This document shows positions 60,100 to 64,000 of a stretch of 64,000 bases of DNA, piece by piece. The stretch comes from Myxococcales bacterium (GTDB taxonomy: Bacteria; Desulfobacterota; Binatia; UTPRO1; JBBIJE01), in NCBI GenBank assembly GCA_037446155.1, contig JBBIJE010000008.1:94049-158048 (forward strand). Direction: 5' to 3'. The position numbers and the translations under genes are program-made. Each line of letters begins with the position of its first letter. Within the stretch, counting starts at the first letter, position 1. The notes beneath the pieces are model-generated. The model ran no database searches. It saw only the letters and a program-made list of their open reading frames with translations, and was not told the origin of the DNA.

Positions 60100-61172
60100 T
60101 CAGGGTAGAGTCACTGTGCGTTTCCTTCGGCCGCTTTAGGCTTCGGGACATATCGCTCGAGGTTCCGGCCAGCACCTCTCTTGCGATCCTCGGCCCTTCG
60201 GGGGCCGGGAAAACGCTTCTTTTGGAAAGCGTCCTGGGCGTGAAGAGGCCCGAGCGAGGCCGGGTCGTGCTCGACGGGCGGGATGTCACTTTCCTTCCAC
60301 CCGAAGAGCGCGGCGTTTCCTACGTGCCGCAGGATCTTGCGCTCTTTCCGCACCTTTCCGTTCGGGACAACATTCTCTTTGGCCTCAGGGCACGGGGCCG
60401 CAAGGTGGTAGAAGATGCAGAGCTTTCGCGCGTGGCAGAGCTTTTGGCCATCGGCCCTCTCCTCGATCGGCGCGACATCGGCAATCTCTCGGGAGGGGAA
60501 AAGCAGCGCGTGGCCTTGGCCAGGGCTCTCATCGTCAGGCCCAAGGTGCTCTTTTTGGACGAATCCTTCTCGGCCCTCGACGGCTACATCAGGCGGCAAC
60601 TGCAGGAGCAGTTGTGGGAGCTAAAGCGCTCGCTTGGGCTCACCCTTTTCCAGGTGACGCACGATCAGGAGGAGGCGTTCCTCTTGGGTGACCAGATAGC
60701 GGTGGTGATGGACGGACGGCTCGAACAGGTGGGCCCGGCAGAGGAACTGCACGCGCGCCCGTTGAACCTCCGGGTCGCCCGCTTCTTGCTGACCCGAAAT
60801 CTTCTTTGCGCGCGCTACCGCGGCCGGGAGGGGGAGTATGGCGTGGTCGCGATCGACGGCGTCGATATCCGTCTCCTTCCGCCCCCGCATGCGTTTGGTG
60901 TAGAATGCCATATCGGCATTCGCCCGGAGGAAGTGGTGCTTATCCGGCCGGGCCGGCCGGTAAAGGAGAGCCAGCGGGTAAACCTCTTTCGGTCGCGGGT
61001 GGAGAGTGTGGTCAACCTGGGACACCGCCGCCTTCTCAGGCTTCGCGTCGCCGGGGGCCTGAGCTTCGACTGCGCGCTTTCGCCGCGAGCGGCAAGAGAG
61101 ATAGCGGTGAGCGAAGGGGAGGAGGTAGCGGTGCACCTTAGGCCCGAGTCGATCCTTTTCTTTCCGGCGTAA
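60096..61172 (+). CDS. modC: Molybdate ABC transporter ATP-binding protein with a C-terminal TOBE domain.
   Basis: Walker A GPSGAGKT, ABC signature LSGGEKQRVALARAL, and Walker B VLFLDESFSALD. The C-terminal 120 aa or so are TOBE-like. Confidence 0.75.
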   Translation: MIRVESLCVSFGRFRLRDISLEVPASTSLAILGPSGAGKTLLLESVLGVKRPERGRVVLDGRDVTFLPPEERGVSYVPQDLALFPHLSVRDNILFGLRARGRKVVEDAELSRVAELLAIGPLLDRRDIGNLSGGEKQRVALARALIVRPKVLFLDESFSALDGYIRRQLQEQLWELKRSLGLTLFQVTHDQEEAFLLGDQIAVVMDGRLEQVGPAEELHARPLNLRVARFLLTRNLLCARYRGREGEYGVVAIDGVDIRLLPPPHAFGVECHIGIRPEEVVLIRPGRPVKESQRVNLFRSRVESVVNLGHRRLLRLRVAGGLSFDCALSPRAAREIAVSEGEEVAVHLRPESILFFPA

Positions 61173-61263
61173 AGCACCGCTCGAGAGGCCAGCCAGCCGC
61201 GCCAAGCCGGCGCCGAAGGCAACGCTACCGAGCGCCGTCGCGCAGAGGGTGCGGCGCTTGCCG

Positions 61264-61280
61264 GGCAGTCCGCTTGCGAA
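61264..61280 (+). promoter_or_regulatory. Weaker sigma-54-like -24/-12 element upstream of the outer-membrane protein gene.
   Basis: GGGCAGtccgcTTGCG has correct GG/GC spacing but a non-consensus -24 region. It lies about 65 bp upstream of the ATG at 61345. Confidence 0.3.
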
Positions 61281-61344
61281 TCCTTGCCAAAAGGGATCGA
61301 GTTGCGCTAAATCGCCTGGGGACGCGTCCCCCGGGGAGGTGGCT

Positions 61345-63072
61345 ATGCGGCGCTCGACATGGCTTAGGAGAGAAGTCCAGGCGATCTTGGCATCCGTGAT
61401 CCTTTTGGGGGGCGCGGGCGAGAGCAGCGGAACGCTCTTTCGCTCGGGCCCGCTCGAGCTTTCCGGAAACCTCCAGTCCCAGCAGCTCATCCGTCACCCG
61501 AAGATCACGAAGTACCAGTTCATCCAGCAGCGCAACGTCGTTCACCTGCGGGCCGACTGGGAATGGCTCGATGAGGGGCGTTTTCTCGATCGCTTCGATA
61601 TTCCCTTTGTCGAGAAGTCGCATCTTTTCATTCTGTACCGGGGTGTTTACGACAGCGTGTACGATTATCTGCCCGGGATGCGCGTGAGGAACGACCTTCG
61701 GGGCAGGCTGGTCGACCCGCGGCACAACGACCTCGACGATCTCTCGCGCCACGAGCGCGATGCGCTCAAGTTCGAGAACTCGCTTCGCGAGGCGTACGTC
61801 GATATCTTCTTGAAGGATCTCCCTTTGAGCTTTCGGCTCGGCAAGCAGCAAATCATTTGGGGCGAGTCGGACGGGTTTCGGATGCTCGATCGGGCGAACA
61901 ACCTGGATCTCACATGGCATTTCCAGCAGGAGCTTCCCCCGCCCGCCTTCGGCTTCGACGAGCTTCGCATCCCCTACTGGATGGTGAAGGGCCTGTGGGA
62001 GTTCGGCAACGTGGGGCGGCTGACCAATGCGTTCGTGGAGGCCTATTGGAATCCGGGGGACTGGCAGCCGGCGAAGATCGCGTTCTTGCCGCGGCCCTGG
62101 GGGGTCAAGATCATGGATCCGCTCACCAACCATTTCGACGGCGCTTTTTTTCTCCCCTTCGAGGCCGACCGCTTGATGAACAACACCGTCCTTTTCAGGC
62201 GCGGCGATTATGCGCGCAATCCCCTGGAGAACAGCCAGTTCGGTATCAGGTTCAGCGCCGTTTCGGCCGAGCGGATGTGGAGGGTGGTGCCGGAGGGATT
62301 GCAATTCACCGTCGGCTATCTCTACCAAAGGTTCGGGGCGGACGGCACGGCTGCGGCCATGGCGAGGGGGCTGCCCGAAACGCCTGAGAACGAGATCAAG
62401 CACACCGAGTTGGTCGTCGATCGCATCCTGCCGGTGGAGTTTTTCGCCCCCTACATCCACACGATCGGCTTGGCCGCCAACTATGCCGAGGATAACTATA
62501 CCAGGGCAGTCTATCGCTTCGAGACCGCCTACGACTTCGGGATCCCGTTTTACACCAGGGCGCGCCGGACCACGTACTCCCCTTTTCTCCCCTTCATTTA
62601 TGACAGCGACATGTGGAAGGCCTTGATTGCCTTCGATCGGCCGACCTGGATACGCGCGCTCAATCGGCGAAGCACGTTTTTCATTACCGGCCAGTGGTTC
62701 GTTCACTACTTGATCCATCGCAAAGACAATATCGTGGGTGGCCTCGACCTCCCTTCGGCCTTGCGGGGATTAGATATCTCCCTTCGCGACGACGTCCACC
62801 GCTGGGAGATGCTGCTCACCTTCGGGATAATCGGATTCTACAGGGGCGGAAGTGTGGTTCCCTCGTCCATTTACATTCTCGACCCGGTAAATAGTTACAG
62901 CCAGGAGTTCGTTTGGGGGGTCGACTACTTCGTTACCCCGGATTTCGCAGTGAACCTGAGCCAGCGCTTCCTCATAAACCCGACCAAGAAGGTGAATTTC
63001 GAGCCCTGGGGACTGGGAGGCTTGAACGAAGGCCGCTCCGAGTTGGGGCTTCGTTTAACGTACCAATTCTGA
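61345..63072 (+). CDS. Outer-membrane beta-barrel protein, possibly DUF1302 family.
   Basis: RBS GGGGAGGTGG. Signal peptide ILASVILLGGAG. RLGKQQIIWGESDGFRMLD motif. C-terminal ...LRLTYQF ends in Phe. 575 aa. Confidence 0.45.
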   Translation: MRRSTWLRREVQAILASVILLGGAGESSGTLFRSGPLELSGNLQSQQLIRHPKITKYQFIQQRNVVHLRADWEWLDEGRFLDRFDIPFVEKSHLFILYRGVYDSVYDYLPGMRVRNDLRGRLVDPRHNDLDDLSRHERDALKFENSLREAYVDIFLKDLPLSFRLGKQQIIWGESDGFRMLDRANNLDLTWHFQQELPPPAFGFDELRIPYWMVKGLWEFGNVGRLTNAFVEAYWNPGDWQPAKIAFLPRPWGVKIMDPLTNHFDGAFFLPFEADRLMNNTVLFRRGDYARNPLENSQFGIRFSAVSAERMWRVVPEGLQFTVGYLYQRFGADGTAAAMARGLPETPENEIKHTELVVDRILPVEFFAPYIHTIGLAANYAEDNYTRAVYRFETAYDFGIPFYTRARRTTYSPFLPFIYDSDMWKALIAFDRPTWIRALNRRSTFFITGQWFVHYLIHRKDNIVGGLDLPSALRGLDISLRDDVHRWEMLLTFGIIGFYRGGSVVPSSIYILDPVNSYSQEFVWGVDYFVTPDFAVNLSQRFLINPTKKVNFEPWGLGGLNEGRSELGLRLTYQF

Positions 63073-63285
63073 CGCACCGCCCGTGCGGGCGATTGCTCCT
63101 GGCGGCCCTTTGTGCGAGGATCGGCGCGACCGATCATCGTTGGAAAATCCGGTTGCAGATGCCAAAGCTATGTTGTGCTTGAGGCTCGAGATCTGCGAAC
63201 GGGGCGGACTGGACGAAGCTGCGAGGGAAAGTCCGTGCGGCGGCTAGCCGGCAGGCGTGAGCGCGCGGGGGGTTTGCGAACTGGC

Positions 63286-64000
63286 ATGCTCCCGGCCCTT
63301 CTGTGCCTTTTCCTGTTCGTAGCCTTGCTTCTCTTCCTCCCCTGGTTTTCCGCTTTGGATGGTGCGGTGGCCGGGGCGTTTCTGGCAACCCGCACCTGCA
63401 TGCTGCAGGAGTTTCTCGAGGAAACGAGCCACTTGGGCTACGGGCTTTCGGCTCTCTTTCTTCTCGCGATCGCTCTGTGGTGCGTGCCTCGCCCGAAAAA
63501 CCGCCTTCTCGGCCGGGATCTTCGCACAGTGCTCGCCACGATGGGAATCGGCGCCCTGCTCGTTCAGTTCCTGAAAACCCTCATCGTGCGGGAGCGACCC
63601 AGCATGATTCCGGGCATGGCAATCGGACACAGCATGCCGAGCGGAGACATCACCAACGGCACCATCGCACTCGCGCTCGCTCTCTGGCTCGCCCGGCGCC
63701 ACCTTGGGGGCTTGGGCCGAAAGCTTGCGGCTGCCGCCAGCGTGCCGCTTCTTCTCGTCTTGGTCTTCCTCAGACTTGCGCCCCTGCGCCACTGGTTTAC
63801 CGATGCGGCGGCCAGCGTACTCTTGGCCCTTGCCTGCGTGAGCTTCGCAAGAGGTGCGCTAGCGGGGAGAGGGTGGTGGCGGCCGCTTTCTTTGGGAGCG
63901 GCTCTTGGGCTTGCTCTCTTGCTGGTGACCTATACTCCGAGCTTGAGGATTCGCCTGACTTCGCCACTTACCCTGCCTGGTAAGCCTGCGGCGGTCTGGC
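63286..64000 (+). CDS. PAP2-family phosphatase (phosphatidic-acid-phosphatase type 2-like), partial; it runs off the window end.
   Basis: Open frame from ATG 63286 with no stop before 64000. Multi-TM protein with PAP2 motifs KTLIVRERP (KxxxxxxRP), MPSGD (PSGH-like) and LRLAPLRHWFTD (SRxxxxxHxxxD-like). Confidence 0.45.
   Translation, partial: MLPALLCLFLFVALLLFLPWFSALDGAVAGAFLATRTCMLQEFLEETSHLGYGLSALFLLAIALWCVPRPKNRLLGRDLRTVLATMGIGALLVQFLKTLIVRERPSMIPGMAIGHSMPSGDITNGTIALALALWLARRHLGGLGRKLAAAASVPLLLVLVFLRLAPLRHWFTDAAASVLLALACVSFARGALAGRGWWRPLSLGAALGLALLLVTYTPSLRIRLTSPLTLPGKPAAVW

Noticed and set aside
1-64000. CRISPR arrays, IS elements, transposases, integrases, phage genes and rRNA.
   Set aside because: I saw no direct-repeat/spacer arrays, no terminal inverted repeats with a transposase ORF, no integrase or recombinase signatures, and no rRNA-like conserved stretches in either strand.

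Overview
This 64-kb window is high-GC and looks like a single bacterial chromosomal segment. I found no rRNA, no convincing tRNA, no CRISPR array and no IS or transposase. The organism is probably an anaerobe that relies on sigma-54 (Deltaproteobacteria-like or similar), but I cannot place it more precisely from the sequence alone.

Most genes sit in tight operons on both strands.

- **Left third (1-21.7 kb), housekeeping and accessory metabolism:**
  - a LOG-family protein;
  - a probable selenoprotein of the GrdB/PrdB family with an in-frame TGA and an adjacent hairpin;
  - a CrtC/AttH-like gene plus a PMT/ArnT-like glycosyltransferase;
  - a ravA-viaA pair;
  - cysK;
  - a NERD protein;
  - glcDEF glycolate oxidase, divergent from a glyoxylate aminotransferase;
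  - mltA;
  - a CDP-alcohol phosphatidyltransferase;
  - an SDR;
  - a two-component pair whose sensor kinase carries a CxxCH c-type haem motif in its periplasmic domain, and whose NtrC-type sigma-54 activator has its own sigma-54 promoter.
- **Centre (21.9-47.9 kb), a dense extracellular-electron-transfer-like island:**
  - a giant secreted protein with VWA, TSP3 repeats and a beta-helix;
  - an outer-membrane beta-barrel followed by an 11-12-haem cytochrome (porin-cytochrome-like);
  - an NHL lipoprotein;
  - two tandem tetrahaem paralogs;
  - two tandem trihaem cytochromes;
  - a 1304-aa protein with about 14 haem sites, an N-terminal dihaem module, a Thr/Ser-rich linker and four copies of an unrecognised cysteine-containing repeat;
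  - a paralog that carries the same N-terminal module, linker and repeats but ends in a PKD domain plus an NHL propeller;
  - a 13-haem cytochrome;
  - a small His/Tyr-rich secreted protein.
- **Regulatory signals in the island:** three operons start at well-formed sigma-54 -24/-12 promoters. Each promoter is preceded by tandem copies, about 21 bp apart, of a 16-bp dyad TGCG-N8-CGCA. This points to one enhancer-binding-protein regulon, probably under the local haem-sensing two-component system.
- **Right third (48-64 kb):** dacC-like carboxypeptidase, phospholipid genes, an Smr protein, an acyl-CoA synthetase, mutS2, an amidohydrolase, a modE-like gene with modABC, a DUF1302-like outer-membrane protein and a partial PAP2 phosphatase.

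All calls rest on motifs and architecture read directly from the translations. I ran no database searches.
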